Positions 37,895 to 48,499 are shown, numbered from the stretch's first letter. The stretch: 64,000 nt of DNA from an uncultured delta proteobacterium (GCA_963767925.1 CAVYGB010000010.1:1024001-1088000); one strand, 5' to 3'. The notes: generated by a model from the sequence alone, not told the origin. A program made the numbers and translations.

Positions 37895-38594
37895 GCGGCA
37901 ACAGGCCGGAGACCTCGAGCGGGCCGGACAGACCGAGGGCCGCGCGGTCGCGGGGGTCGGTGAAGGCGAGGCGCACCGAGCGCAGGGCGATTGTGTCGGG
38001 GGCCGGCGGGGGCGTGAGGGCGCCGTAGAGGATGTCGCCCGCCACCGGGAAGCCGGCCTTCGCCAGGTGCACCCGGAGCTGGTGGGGGCGGCCGGTCTCC
38101 GGGTCGAGCAGGAAATACAGCAGCTCGGGCGGGCCGGCGGCGCCGGGCGCGGGGGGCGCGCCGACCGCCTCGGCGAGGACGGAGGCGGGCAGGCGGGCGA
38201 CGGCGCGGGCCCGGGTGTGGGCGGGGTCGCCGTGCGGCGCCTCGAAGCTGCGCCGCTTGCCGCGCACGAGGCGGCTCTGCCACTCGAGCACCGCCGGCAA
38301 GTCGGTGACCCGCTCGGCCCCCTCGGTGAGCGCCTGGTAGGTCTTGTGCACGCGCCGGCTCTCGAAGGCGGCGCTGGCCACCCGGTGGGCTCCGGCGTTG
38401 CGGGCGAACAGCACCAGGCCCGACACCTCGAAGTCGAGCCGGTGGACCGGCCACAGCCGCGCCGACAGCGCCTTCTCGAGCTGCCGCCCCAGGCAGGGCC
38501 GGGGATCGGCGGCGCCCTGCCGGCCGGGAACGGTGAGCCAGCCGGGCCGCTTGTCAGCGGCCACCACCTGCTTGTTCTGGAAGACGATCTGCAC
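37869..38594 (-). CDS. RluA-family pseudouridine synthase
   Basis: DKRPGW, VHRLDFEVSG, TGRPHQLRVHL, GDILYG. Confidence 0.92.
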   Translation of the reverse strand: MQIVFQNKQVVAADKRPGWLTVPGRQGAADPRPCLGRQLEKALSARLWPVHRLDFEVSGLVLFARNAGAHRVASAAFESRRVHKTYQALTEGAERVTDLPAVLEWQSRLVRGKRRSFEAPHGDPAHTRARAVARLPASVLAEAVGAPPAPGAAGPPELLYFLLDPETGRPHQLRVHLAKAGFPVAGDILYGALTPPPAPDTIALRSVRLAFTDPRDRAALGLSGPLEVSGLLPLRPGAGEQ

Positions 38595-38607
38595 GCGTGC
38601 TGCGCGG

Positions 38608-39363
38608 CTACCCCGTGGCGGCCTCGGGCTCGAGGACGGACGGCTCGGCCGCGCGCGCCTCGCGCTCGGGGCGCTCGATCGGGTTGGGAGCGGTGGGGCC
38701 CTCGGCGCTGATGACCTGGGGGGCGGGGGCGGCGGCCTCGGCGGCGACGCGGGCGGCGTGCTCGGGGCTGAGATCGTCGACAACCCCGGTGACCTCCATG
38801 ACGGCGAGGTCGTCGAGGTCGAGGTCGAAAACGAAGTCGCCCAGCTCGGCGTTGCCCGCCCGCGCGCGCCGGCCGGCGCGGGCCCGATCGGCCTGGTCGG
38901 TCAGCGAAGGGGGCGCGGCGGAGGCGCGGCGGTCGACCTGCCGGCGCTCCCGGCCGACCGGGCGGGGGTCGAGGGCGCCGACCCGGCGGTCCTCGCCCCG
39001 GCGGTCGCGGGCCAGGTTCCGGCGGAGGCCGTCGATGGTGTAGGGCACGGGGGACAGCACCTGGGTGCGGCTGGCGCAGACGTGGCACATCGGCAGCCAG
39101 CGGCCGTGGATCTCCGCCAGGCGGAGGGCGTCGCTGCGCCGCTCGTAGCAGACCACGCAGCGGGCGCCCCGCCCCACCGGCCGCAGCCCCGCCCAGGCCT
39201 GGTAACAGCCCCAGCAGCGGCCCCGCCGCAGCTCCTGCACACGCGCGCCGCAGTGGGTGCACGGGCGCAGCTCGGCGCCGGCGGGCCGTTCTGGCGGCCG
39301 GCTCACCGCCTCGCCGAGGTCCCGCTGGACGTCGGAATCGATTGGCCTCACGCGATCGAACAT
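38608..39363 (-). CDS. Hypothetical protein with two Cys4 zinc-finger-like motifs and Arg-rich (D/E)RR repeats
   Basis: CTHC...CWGC and CVVC...CHVC, then RDRRGEDRR...RERRQVDRR. SD GGAG before the ATG. Confidence 0.65.
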   Translation of the reverse strand: MFDRVRPIDSDVQRDLGEAVSRPPERPAGAELRPCTHCGARVQELRRGRCWGCYQAWAGLRPVGRGARCVVCYERRSDALRLAEIHGRWLPMCHVCASRTQVLSPVPYTIDGLRRNLARDRRGEDRRVGALDPRPVGRERRQVDRRASAAPPSLTDQADRARAGRRARAGNAELGDFVFDLDLDDLAVMEVTGVVDDLSPEHAARVAAEAAAPAPQVISAEGPTAPNPIERPEREARAAEPSVLEPEAATG

Positions 39364-39394
39364 GACACTCCTCCGTTGTTGCGGGTCGAGCCTG

Positions 39395-40123
39395 TCACTC
39401 CGAGGCGGCCAGCTTGCGCGACCCGACCCGCGCCCGCTCCCGCCTCCGGGAATCTTCCTGGACCACCGCCCGATCGATCCGGCCCACCGCGCACAGCAGG
39501 CTGCCGGCGAGGTAACGGACGCCCGGGGGATCCTCCGCCCGGCGGATACGCAGGAACGTGTTGATCACCCGGCCGTCGGCCGCCCGGCGCGCGTCCGGCT
39601 GCTCGGGATGGGCGTAGCTCAGGCGCACCACCCCACCGCGCGACTCGCGGAAGGAGATCCGCCCGGTGATGTCCACCTCGTCGACGACGCCGGCGTGATC
39701 GCCGCAGCGATTGCGGCCGCCGAGATCGAAGAACACGACGTCGCCCACCGCCGCCCGGTGGGCGGGCACCAGGTCGTGGCGGACGCGCACGTAGGCCAGA
39801 AGGGATGAGACGGTGCCGTCGGTGCCGAAGCGCAGGCCGCGGTCGCGCAGCTCCTCTTCCACCCAGGCGGTGGCCTCTTCGTCGCCCCCGGCGTAGCCGC
39901 GCGCGGGCTCGGCGGCCACCGGCCGGGCCACCGGGGGGGCGCTGCGCGGGGCGGCCGGTGCCGGCGGCGGCGTCTCGAGCTGGGCCAGGCCGGCCGTCTC
40001 GGCGGCGGTCTCCTCGAGGGTGTCGGCGGCCCAGGTGGGCAACATCCCCGGGATGATCGCGCAGCCGCTGCCGGCGGCGCCGAGCGCGAGCGCGAGCAGG
40101 CCAGTCGCCAGCCGCCGGTTCAT
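39395..40123 (-). CDS. Lipoprotein with degenerate NlpC/P60-CHAP-like domain
   Basis: Signal peptide MNRRLATGLLALALGAAGSGC. 'AVGDVVFF...HAGVVDEV'. Confidence 0.65.
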   Translation of the reverse strand: MNRRLATGLLALALGAAGSGCAIIPGMLPTWAADTLEETAAETAGLAQLETPPPAPAAPRSAPPVARPVAAEPARGYAGGDEEATAWVEEELRDRGLRFGTDGTVSSLLAYVRVRHDLVPAHRAAVGDVVFFDLGGRNRCGDHAGVVDEVDITGRISFRESRGGVVRLSYAHPEQPDARRAADGRVINTFLRIRRAEDPPGVRYLAGSLLCAVGRIDRAVVQEDSRRRERARVGSRKLAASE

Positions 40124-40231
40124 CGTAGTGACGGTACTACATGTAGGTCGGGTGTCTAATTTCTGCACCCCCGCCCGCGCCGGGGTCGGCCGGCGGGAGC
40201 CGGGGCGGCTGGCTGCGGCTATCATCATGAG

Positions 40232-41419
40232 ATGCGAGAGGTGGTCATCATTGGTGCGGCGCGCACGGCGATCGGCGCGTTCCAGGGTGCGCTTTCGGAG
40301 GTTCCGGCGCCCCAACTCGGCGGCGTGGCTCTGCGGGCGGCTCTCGAGCGAGGCGGCAACGCCGCGCTGGCCGAGAAGATCGACGAAGTGATCATGGGTT
40401 GTGTTCTGCCCGCCGGACAGGGGCAGGCCCCCGCCCGGCAAGCGGCGCACCAGGCAGGCCTGCCGCGGTCGGTCGGCGCTGTGACGATCAACAAAGTCTG
40501 CGGCTCGGGCCTGAAGGCGGTCTCGCTGGCTGCGAACGCCATCCGCACCGGCGAGGCGGAGCTGGTGCTGGCCGGCGGGATGGAGTCGATGTCCCGGTCC
40601 CCCTATCTGCTGCCGAAGGCGCGCGAGGGGATGCGGCTCGGTCACGGCCAGGTGCTGGACTCGATGATCCTCGATGGCCTGTGGGACGCCTACGGAGATG
40701 TCCACATGGGGACCTGTGCCGAGCTGTGCGCCCGCGAGAAGAACGTGACCCGCGAGGATCAGGACGCCTTCGCCGCCGAGTCGTACCGGCGCGCGCGCAA
40801 GGCCCAGGCCGAGGGGAAGTTCGCGCGCGAGATCGCCCCGGTCGAGATCGCCCAGCGCAAGGGTCCGCCCAAGGTCGTGAACATCGACGAGGAGCCGGCC
40901 CGGGGCGATCCCGACAAGCTCGCGAGCTTGCGCCCGGCCTTCGACAAGGCGGGCACGGTGACCGCCGGCAACGCCTCCTCGCTGAGCGACGGGGCGGCCG
41001 CCCTGCTGCTGACCTCCGAGGAGACCGCCCGCGCCCTCGACGCCCGCCCGCTGGCCCGGGTGGTGGGGATGGCGGGGCACGCCCAGGCGCCCGAGTGGTT
41101 CACCACCGCGCCCGCCGGGGCCATCGACAAGCTGTGCGCCCGCATCGGCTGGAACAAGCAGGACGTCGACCTGTGGGAGATCAACGAGGCCTTCGCGGTG
41201 GTCTCGGTGGCCAACAACCGGCTGCTGGGGATCGACCCCGCCCGGGTCAACGTCTGGGGGGGCGCGGTCGCCCTGGGGCACCCCATCGGGGCCAGCGGGG
41301 CGCGCGTGCTGGTGACCCTCCTGTCGGCGCTGGCCGACACTGGCAAGCGGCGGGGGATCGCCTCGCTGTGCATCGGCGGCGGCGAGGGGATCGCCCTCGC
41401 GGTGGAGCGGCTGGCGTGA
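40232..41419 (+). CDS. atoB: Acetyl-CoA C-acetyltransferase (thiolase)
   Basis: [35 protein letters not shown]. Confidence 0.95.
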   Translation: MREVVIIGAARTAIGAFQGALSEVPAPQLGGVALRAALERGGNAALAEKIDEVIMGCVLPAGQGQAPARQAAHQAGLPRSVGAVTINKVCGSGLKAVSLAANAIRTGEAELVLAGGMESMSRSPYLLPKAREGMRLGHGQVLDSMILDGLWDAYGDVHMGTCAELCAREKNVTREDQDAFAAESYRRARKAQAEGKFAREIAPVEIAQRKGPPKVVNIDEEPARGDPDKLASLRPAFDKAGTVTAGNASSLSDGAAALLLTSEETARALDARPLARVVGMAGHAQAPEWFTTAPAGAIDKLCARIGWNKQDVDLWEINEAFAVVSVANNRLLGIDPARVNVWGGAVALGHPIGASGARVLVTLLSALADTGKRRGIASLCIGGGEGIALAVERLA

Positions 41420-42282
41420 GCGCGGCCGGCGCCATCTCGCGGCTGGGCGTGGTCGGGGCCGGGCAGATGGGCGGGGGGATCGCCCAGGTGGCAGCCGCCG
41501 CCGGGCTGGAGGTGGTGCTGCTGGACGCCAGCCGCGCCGCCGCCGAGAAGGGGCGCGCCGCCATCGACGGCCAGCTCGCCCGTCAGGTGGAGAGGGGCAA
41601 GCTCACCGCCGGGGATCGGGAGGCGACGCTGCGGCGGATCGCCATCGCCGAGCAGGCCAGCGAGCTCGCCGAGGTCGACTTCGTGATCGAGGCCGCCTCG
41701 GAGGACCCCGCCCTCAAGGGCCGGCTGTTCACCGACCTCGACCGGGCCTGCCGGCCAGGCACCATCCTCGCCAGCAACACCTCGTCGATCGGCATCACCG
41801 GGCTGGCCGCCCGCACCGGGCGCCCCGATCGGGTGATCGGCATGCACTTCATGAACCCGGTCCCGGTGATGAAGCTGTGCGAGCTGATCCGGGGCCTGGC
41901 CACCTCCGACGAGACCTACCAGACCACCCGGACGCTGGCCGAGCGGCTGGGCAAGACGGCGGTGGTCTCGCGCGACGTCCCCGGCTTCATCGTCAACCGG
42001 GTGCTGGCGCCGATGATCAACGAGGCCATCTTCGCCCTGTCCGAGGGCCTGGCCAGCGCCGAGGACATCGACAAGGCCGTCCAGCTCGGCCTCAACCACC
42101 CGATGGGCCCCCTGGCCCTCGCCGATCTGATCGGCCTCGACACGACCCTCGCCATCCTCGAGGTCCTGCACCGCGACCTCGGCGACCCCAAATACCGCCC
42201 CTGCCCCCTCCTCCGCCAGTACGTCGCCGCCGGCTGGCACGGCCGCAAGACCGGCCGCGGCTTTTACACGTACCAGAAGTAG
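41416..42282 (+). CDS. hbd: 3-hydroxybutyryl-CoA dehydrogenase
   Basis: [52 protein letters not shown] overlap with the thiolase stop. Confidence 0.95.
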   Translation: MSAAGAISRLGVVGAGQMGGGIAQVAAAAGLEVVLLDASRAAAEKGRAAIDGQLARQVERGKLTAGDREATLRRIAIAEQASELAEVDFVIEAASEDPALKGRLFTDLDRACRPGTILASNTSSIGITGLAARTGRPDRVIGMHFMNPVPVMKLCELIRGLATSDETYQTTRTLAERLGKTAVVSRDVPGFIVNRVLAPMINEAIFALSEGLASAEDIDKAVQLGLNHPMGPLALADLIGLDTTLAILEVLHRDLGDPKYRPCPLLRQYVAAGWHGRKTGRGFYTYQK

Positions 42283-42289
42283 TTGTTTG

Positions 42290-42410
42290 CCCTCGCCCCG
42301 CGGTCCGCCGCGGGGAGAGGGAAGGGTGAGGGGCGGTTGCCTCGCCGGAGGCCCCTCACCCGGCGCGCAGACGCGCCGACCTCTCCCCACGGCAGACCGC
42401 GGGGCGAGGT
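42290..42410. repeat. REP-like family B palindrome pair
   Basis: CCCTCGCCCCGCGG...CCGCGGGGAGAGGGAAGGGTGAGGGG and CCCCTCACCC...CCTCTCCCC...GGGGCGAGG. Confidence 0.7.
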
Positions 42411-42638
42411 GTTGGAGAGGGGGAGGTGCTGGAGAGGGGGCGGTGCTGGAGAGGGGGAGGTGCTGGAGAGGGGGAGGTGCTGGAGAGGGGGAGGTGCTGG
42501 AGAGGGGGAGGTGCTGGAGAGGGGGAGGTGCTGGAGAGGGGGAGGTGCTGGAGAGGGGGCGGTGCTGGAGAGGGGGAGGTGTTGGAGAGGGGGAGGTGTT
42601 GGAGAGGGGAGGCTGGAGAGGGGGAGGTGTTGGAGAGG
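42406..42638 (+). repeat. Intergenic tandem repeat, 17-bp unit GAGGTGCTGGAGAGGGG, about 14 copies
   Basis: Twelve full head-to-tail units with point variants, then two shorter units. No spacers. Confidence 0.95.
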
Positions 42639-42692
42639 TGCGATCGGGTTCCGGGGGCAAGTTCGCGGTGATCGGGCTAGATTGCCCGCGCC

Positions 42693-44276
42693 ATGTCTGT
42701 CGCCGCGCCTGCCTGTCTCGTGCTCTGCTTGCTGGCGGCCGGGCCCGCCGTGGCCCAGGCCCCCTTCTCCGTCGAGGAGGCCACGGTGGCGGAGCTGGGG
42801 GCGGCGATGCAGGCGGGGCGGGTGACGAGCCGGCAGCTCGTCGAGCTGTACCTGGCGCGCATCGAGGCGCTCGACCGGCGGGGGCCCACCCTGCGGCAGG
42901 TGCTGGAGACGAACCCCGAGGCGGCGGCCCTGGCCGAGGCGCTCGATCGCGAGCGCAAGGACAAGGGCCCGCGGGGGCCCCTGCACGGTGTCCCGGTTCT
43001 CCTGAAGGACAACATCGACACCGCCGACCGGATGACCACCACCGCGGGGTCGCTGGCCCTGGCCGGCTCGCGCCCGGCCCGCGACGCCTTCCTGGTCGAG
43101 CGGCTGCGGGCGGCGGGGGCGGTCCTGCTCGGCAAGACCAACATGAGCGAGTGGGCCAACTTCCGCTCGAGCCGCTCGTCGAGCGGCTGGAGCGGGCGCG
43201 GCGGCCAGGGGCGCAACCCCTACGCGCTCGATCGCTCCCCCTGCGGGTCCAGCTCGGGCACCGGGGCGGCCATCGCCGCCAGCTTCGCGGCGGTCGGCGT
43301 GGGCACCGAGACCGACGGCTCGATCGTCTGCCCCTCCTCGGCCAACGCCCTCGTCGGGATCAAGCCCACGGTCGGGCTGGTCAGCCGCGCGGGCATCATC
43401 CCCATCTCCCACAGCCAGGACACCGCCGGCCCGATGGCCCGCACGGTGGCCGACGCGGCGGTGCTGCTGGGGACCCTGGCCGGCCCCGATCCGCGCGACC
43501 CCGCCACCGCGGCCAGCCGGGGCAAGGCCCACGCCGACTACACCACCTTCCTCGACGGCAAGGCGCTGGCCGGCGCCCGCATCGGCGTCGCCCGCAAGCG
43601 GTTCTTCGGCTACAGCGCGAGCGCCGACCGCCTGGCCGAGCGGGCCATCGCCGATCTGAAGGCGGCCGGCGCGGTCATCGTCGATCCCGCCGACATCCCC
43701 CACGCCGGGGCGTACGAGGACGACGAGATGGAGGTGCTGCTCTACGAGTTCAAGGCCGACCTGAACGGCTACCTGGCCGGCCTGGGCCCGCAGGCCCCCG
43801 TCAAGTCGCTGCAGGAGATCATCACCTTCAACGAGCGCAACGCCGAGCGCGAGCTGCCCCACTTCGGGCAGGAGCTGTTTCACCGGGCCCAGAAGAAGGG
43901 GCCGCTGAGCGACCCGGCCTACCGCCGGGCGCTGGCCCGGGGCCAGCGGCTGGCCGGGCGCGAGGGGATCGACCGGGTCATGCGGCAACACCGGCTCGAC
44001 GCCCTGATCGCCCCCACCACGTCGCCGGCCTGGACGGTCGACCTGGTCAACGGCGACCACTACCTGGGCGCCAGCTCCACGCCGGCCGCGGTGGCCGGTT
44101 ACCCCAGCGTCAGCGTGCCGATGGGGTTCGTGCGGGGCCTGCCGGTGGGGCTGTCGTTCATCGGCGGCGCCTGGTGGGAGCCGCGCCTCATCGCGCTGGC
44201 CTTCGCCTACGAGCAGGCGACGCGGCACCGCCGCCCGCCCCGCTTCGCCGCGTCGGCCGAGCTGCCCGACCGCTGA
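42693..44276 (+). CDS. Secreted amidase-signature family amidase
   Basis: Signal peptide. LLKDNI, GKTNMSEWAN, CGSSSG, GTETDGSI. Confidence 0.93.
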   Translation: MSVAAPACLVLCLLAAGPAVAQAPFSVEEATVAELGAAMQAGRVTSRQLVELYLARIEALDRRGPTLRQVLETNPEAAALAEALDRERKDKGPRGPLHGVPVLLKDNIDTADRMTTTAGSLALAGSRPARDAFLVERLRAAGAVLLGKTNMSEWANFRSSRSSSGWSGRGGQGRNPYALDRSPCGSSSGTGAAIAASFAAVGVGTETDGSIVCPSSANALVGIKPTVGLVSRAGIIPISHSQDTAGPMARTVADAAVLLGTLAGPDPRDPATAASRGKAHADYTTFLDGKALAGARIGVARKRFFGYSASADRLAERAIADLKAAGAVIVDPADIPHAGAYEDDEMEVLLYEFKADLNGYLAGLGPQAPVKSLQEIITFNERNAERELPHFGQELFHRAQKKGPLSDPAYRRALARGQRLAGREGIDRVMRQHRLDALIAPTTSPAWTVDLVNGDHYLGASSTPAAVAGYPSVSVPMGFVRGLPVGLSFIGGAWWEPRLIALAFAYEQATRHRRPPRFAASAELPDR

Positions 44277-44309
44277 ATAATTTTCCCGCCCGCATGCAAT
44301 AGAGAGACG

Positions 44310-46301
44310 ATGCCCGCCTATTCGTCGTCCTTGTCGTCCCGGTCGCCGTCCCTGTCGCCGCCGCCACGGTGCCCTGCCGCGCCGTCACGCCGGTATGCGC
44401 TGCTCGCCGCGGCCGCCAGCGCCCTGTCCTGCCAGGCCAGCGCCCCCACGCCGCTGCCCACCGCGTCTGCGCCGGCCGCCGCGGCCCCGGTCCCCCCGAC
44501 CGCCCCGCCGGCGATCGACAGCCCGGAGATGGCCTGGTGGCGCGCGTCCCAGGTCGGGCGCGAGCAGCGGCTGGGCTGGTGGCGCGAGGCGCGCTTCGGC
44601 ATGTTCGTGCACTGGGGCGTCTACTCGGCCCTGGGCGGCGTCTGGGAGGGGCAGCCGGTGCGGGGCTACGCCGAGCACATCCAGCGCATCCGCAAGATCC
44701 CGGCGGCGGTCTACCGCGAGCAGGTCGCGGGCCAATTCTCCCCCACCGGGTTCGACGCCGACGCCTGGATCGCCGCCGCCAAGCGGGCCGGCCTGGGCTA
44801 CTTCATCATCACGGCCAAGCACCACGACGGCTTCGCCATGTACGACTCGGCGGTCAGCACCTACAACGTCGTGCAGGCGACCCCCTGGAAGCGCGATCCG
44901 ATGCGCGAGCTGAAGGAGGCCTGCCGCCGCCACGGCCTGAAGTTCGGCTTCTATTACTCTCACGCCTTCGACTGGGGCGAGGCCGACGGGGTCGGCAACG
45001 ACTGGGAGCACGACAACCCGGGCGGCGACCGCAACCTGCACGGCGGGCGCGACTGGTGGCTGACCGCGCCCGAGCGGCTGCCCCGCGCGCGCCGCTACGT
45101 CGACAGCAAGGCCATCCCCCAGCTCCGCGAGCTGATCGCGAAGTACGACCCGGACATCCTCTGGTTCGATACGCCCCACAAGCTGCCGCCCGCCGAGAAC
45201 CTGCGCATCTTGCAGGCGGTGCGCGCAGCCAAGCCCGACCTCGTCGTCAACGGCCGCATCGTCCAGGCGACCCCCGGCGGCCCCCCCGCCCGCTACGGCG
45301 ACTACCGCTCCACCGTCGACCGCCCCGCCGAGTTCCCCCCGGAGGCCGGCTCGGACTGGGAGGGGATCCCGACGACCAACGAGTCGTACGGGTGGCACCG
45401 GGAGGACCGCTCGCACAAGCCGGTGGGGCACTTCCTCGAGCTGCTGGCCAAGGCTGCCGCCCGGGGGGGCAACGTGCTGCTCAACGTGGGGCCCATGGGG
45501 GACGGGCGGCTCGACCCCCGCGATCTCGCCATCCTCGACGGGATCGCCGCCTGGATGAAGACCGGCCGCCCCAGCCTCGCCGGGACCGAGCGCACCCCGC
45601 TGGCCGTGCAGGCCTGGGGCGAGTCGACCCGCCGGGGCAACACCCTCTACCTGCACCTGCTGAACCCGCCGCGCGGCCGGCGGCTGGTGGTGGGCGGCCT
45701 GAAGGGGACGGTGAAGAGCGCGGTGCTGCTCACCGGGACGCCGAACGTCCGCCTGCCCCACCAGCGCCTGGGCGACGAGGACCTCGCCATCACCCTGCCC
45801 GCCCGCCTCACCCAGCCCGGCCACCCGGTGGTGGCCCTGGAGCTGGAGGGCGAGCCGGCCGCCGATCCAGCCCGCCTGCTGTCGGCCGACGTCGCCGCCG
45901 ACACCCTGCGCGCCTTCGACGGCACCTTGTCGGAGGGCCTCGCCTTCGGCACGGGCAAGACCAGCGACGCCTGGGTGCGGGGCTGGACCCGCCTCGATCA
46001 GACCGTGAGCTGGCCGGTCCGCCTGCGCGAGCCGGCCACCTTCTCGGTCTCGATCGCCTACGACGCCCCGGCCAGCTCCGCGGGCGGCACCTTCCGGGTC
46101 GAGCTGGGCGACAAGACCCTGACCGGCACGGTGGCCGAGACGCCGGCCGCCCCCGTCCCCCTGGGCCGGGTGACGCTGGCCCCGGGGCGCTTGACCCTCA
46201 CGGTGCGCGCCACCGCCATCGCCGGCGGCGAGCTGCTGCGCCTGCGCGGGATCCGCCTGCAGCCCGTCGAGCCACCCCAGGCCTCCGCCCGGCGGCGGTG
46301 A
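44310..46301 (+). CDS. Alpha-L-fucosidase (GH29), probable lipoprotein, with a C-terminal beta-sandwich
   Basis: ARFGMFVHWG, TAKHHDGF, FYYS, LWFD, LLNVGP. Lipobox ALSC. Start uncertain. Confidence 0.92.
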   Translation: MPAYSSSLSSRSPSLSPPPRCPAAPSRRYALLAAAASALSCQASAPTPLPTASAPAAAAPVPPTAPPAIDSPEMAWWRASQVGREQRLGWWREARFGMFVHWGVYSALGGVWEGQPVRGYAEHIQRIRKIPAAVYREQVAGQFSPTGFDADAWIAAAKRAGLGYFIITAKHHDGFAMYDSAVSTYNVVQATPWKRDPMRELKEACRRHGLKFGFYYSHAFDWGEADGVGNDWEHDNPGGDRNLHGGRDWWLTAPERLPRARRYVDSKAIPQLRELIAKYDPDILWFDTPHKLPPAENLRILQAVRAAKPDLVVNGRIVQATPGGPPARYGDYRSTVDRPAEFPPEAGSDWEGIPTTNESYGWHREDRSHKPVGHFLELLAKAAARGGNVLLNVGPMGDGRLDPRDLAILDGIAAWMKTGRPSLAGTERTPLAVQAWGESTRRGNTLYLHLLNPPRGRRLVVGGLKGTVKSAVLLTGTPNVRLPHQRLGDEDLAITLPARLTQPGHPVVALELEGEPAADPARLLSADVAADTLRAFDGTLSEGLAFGTGKTSDAWVRGWTRLDQTVSWPVRLREPATFSVSIAYDAPASSAGGTFRVELGDKTLTGTVAETPAAPVPLGRVTLAPGRLTLTVRATAIAGGELLRLRGIRLQPVEPPQASARRR

Positions 46302-46333
46302 GCCCGGGCGCACCGGCTTCGACGTAGCGTGGC

Positions 46334-48412
46334 TCAGGCGGCGAGCTGGCGCACCAGCGCGCGCAGATCGTCGGGGCTGAAGGGCTTCTGGAGCTGGGGG
46401 ACGGCGTCGGTCCCCGGGGGCAGGCGGCCGGCGCGGGCCATCCCGGTGAGGAAGGCGAAGTGGTTCAGCAGGTGCGGCCGGAGCTGGCGGACCTTCGCCA
46501 GCAACAGCTCGCCGCCCCCGCTGGCCATGATCAGGTCGGAGATGACGAGGTCGAGCGGGGCGCTCGAGGCGAGCACCTCGGTCGCCGCCGCCACCGAGTC
46601 GACGACGATCACGACCGCCTCGTCCTCGAGCATCCGCCGCACCGTCTTGCGCAGCGGCTCCTCGTCGTCGACGAAGAGGACGCTGATCCGCCGGGCGGGG
46701 GTCGTGAACATCACCGCCCGGGGGCCCGTGTCGCCGAGGGGGCGCTCGGCGGGCGGCCGGGCCCGCACCGGCAGGTGGAGGCTGAAGACGCTGCCCACGT
46801 CGACCTCGCTCTTGACCTCGATGCGGCCGCCGAGCTGCTCGATGAGGTTGCGGCACACCGAGAGGCCCAGGCCGCTGCCGCCCGGGCGGGTGCTGAAGAA
46901 GGGATCGAAGATGCGGGCCAGCTTGGGCCCGGCGATGCCGCAGCCGTTGTCGGCAATCTCGACCAGCACCTCGCCCCCCTGGGCCCAGGTGCGCACGCTG
47001 ACCCGGTTCTCCGCCTCCGCCCGCCCGGCCGGCATGGCCTGGCTGGCGTTGAGCACCAGGTTGAGCACCACCTGACCCAGCCGCCCCGGCCGCCCGTGCC
47101 ACCAGGGGATCTGGCCGAGGTCGCGCTCGACGATGGTCCGCTGGGCCAGCCGGGGGGCCGCCAGGCGCAAGGTCTCGCCGATGACGTCGTTGACGTTGAC
47201 CATCTCCAGGTCGCGTTCGGTCGAGTGGAACGTCCGCAGGTCGGTGACGATCTTCGCCACCCGGCGGGCGCCGTCGCGGGCGTCCTGGGCTTGCTCGAGC
47301 AGCTCGTGGGCGGTGCGCGCGCCGATCACGGCGTCGCGGGGAACCTGGCTCAGGTTCTTGATCAGCTCGTCGAGGCTGGGCAGCATGAAGGCCAGCGGGT
47401 TGTTGATCTCGTGCCCCACCCCGGCGACCAGCAGGCCCAGGCTGGCCAGGCGGGAGTTGGTCTCGGCCTGCGCCGCCAGCCGGCGCGGCTCGGTGATGTC
47501 ACGGACCATCAGCAACACGCAGGGTTGCCCGTCGAACACCAGGGGGATGCGCCGGAGCTGCAGGTAGAAGCGCTCCTCGGCCCGGCGGAAGCTGACCTCG
47601 AGGAAGCGCCGGTCGGGCACCTCCTCCGACTCGAGCCACTTCAGCAGGGCGGAGCGGTCCGGCTCCTCGAAGTGCTCGGCCACCGGCCGCTGCTCGAAGG
47701 CCTCGATGTTCGCCTCGGCGAACAGATCGAGGAAGGCGCGGTTGGCGTACACCGGCCGATCGTCGTCCCAGACCACGATGCCGTCGGGCGCCACCTCGAG
47801 CAGGTCGCGGAGCTGGCCGCGCGCGTCCTCCGCCTGGCGAAGGGCGCGCTTGAGGATCGAGACGTCCTGCACGCACAGCAGGATCTGGCGGCCGTGGCCG
47901 GCGGGGTCCCGGGCCAGCACGCCGTTGACGCTGCCGGTCCAGTCGGGGACCTCGGCGCCGGGCGTCTGGAAGCGGAAGGTCTCGCTGAGCGGCTGATCCG
48001 ACTCGCGGATGCGGTGGAGGAACGACTCGAAGGAGAGCCGGCCCATGGGCGTCAGGAAGCGCGACAGGCGAAAGCGGCCGCCGGCATGGAGCCCGAACAT
48101 GGCCTGGGCCCGCTGGTTGAGGCGCGTCACCACCCCCTCGGGCTGCAGGATGACGTAGCCGACCGGGGCGGTGAGGAAGAGCTGGGCGAAGTCGGCGGCG
48201 CTGGTCTCGAGCGCCTGGCGGGTGGAGACCAGCTCCTCGTGCTGGAGCTGCAACTCGACGGAGTAGACCTGCAGCTCCTCGAGGGTCTTCGACTCGATCT
48301 GCTCGCTGGCCAGCTCGAGGGCCCGGATCTCCAGGCGGGCCCGCTCGCCGGGGGAGACGGGACCGGACAGATCATCGAGTGGGCTGTGATCCTGCACCTT
48401 TTCCACCTTCAC
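46334..48412 (-). CDS. PAS-PAS hybrid histidine kinase with C-terminal receiver
   Basis: 'ELQVYSVELQLQHEEL', two PAS domains, GHEINNPL, DNGCGI, GSGLGL, REC 'LFVDDE...SDLIM'. Confidence 0.9.
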   Translation of the reverse strand: MKVEKVQDHSPLDDLSGPVSPGERARLEIRALELASEQIESKTLEELQVYSVELQLQHEELVSTRQALETSAADFAQLFLTAPVGYVILQPEGVVTRLNQRAQAMFGLHAGGRFRLSRFLTPMGRLSFESFLHRIRESDQPLSETFRFQTPGAEVPDWTGSVNGVLARDPAGHGRQILLCVQDVSILKRALRQAEDARGQLRDLLEVAPDGIVVWDDDRPVYANRAFLDLFAEANIEAFEQRPVAEHFEEPDRSALLKWLESEEVPDRRFLEVSFRRAEERFYLQLRRIPLVFDGQPCVLLMVRDITEPRRLAAQAETNSRLASLGLLVAGVGHEINNPLAFMLPSLDELIKNLSQVPRDAVIGARTAHELLEQAQDARDGARRVAKIVTDLRTFHSTERDLEMVNVNDVIGETLRLAAPRLAQRTIVERDLGQIPWWHGRPGRLGQVVLNLVLNASQAMPAGRAEAENRVSVRTWAQGGEVLVEIADNGCGIAGPKLARIFDPFFSTRPGGSGLGLSVCRNLIEQLGGRIEVKSEVDVGSVFSLHLPVRARPPAERPLGDTGPRAVMFTTPARRISVLFVDDEEPLRKTVRRMLEDEAVVIVVDSVAAATEVLASSAPLDLVISDLIMASGGGELLLAKVRQLRPHLLNHFAFLTGMARAGRLPPGTDAVPQLQKPFSPDDLRALVRQLAA

Positions 48413-48499
48413 CTCCCCGGGTGGCGCGCATGACGCGCTCTTGCCAGGTGCATCGACAGCCCGGGGCGAAACCTTAGGATCGGATGTAGACCGGGCGGG

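Noticed and set aside
40137..40146. Palindrome CTACATGTAG between the divergent lipoprotein and thiolase genes as a second BlaI site
   Set aside because: It lacks the 2-nt spacer of TACA-N2-TGTA, and a single 10-bp palindrome is insufficient evidence.
42406..42638. Possible CRISPR array
   Set aside because: Units are contiguous with no unique spacers, only 17 bp long, and no cas genes are present.
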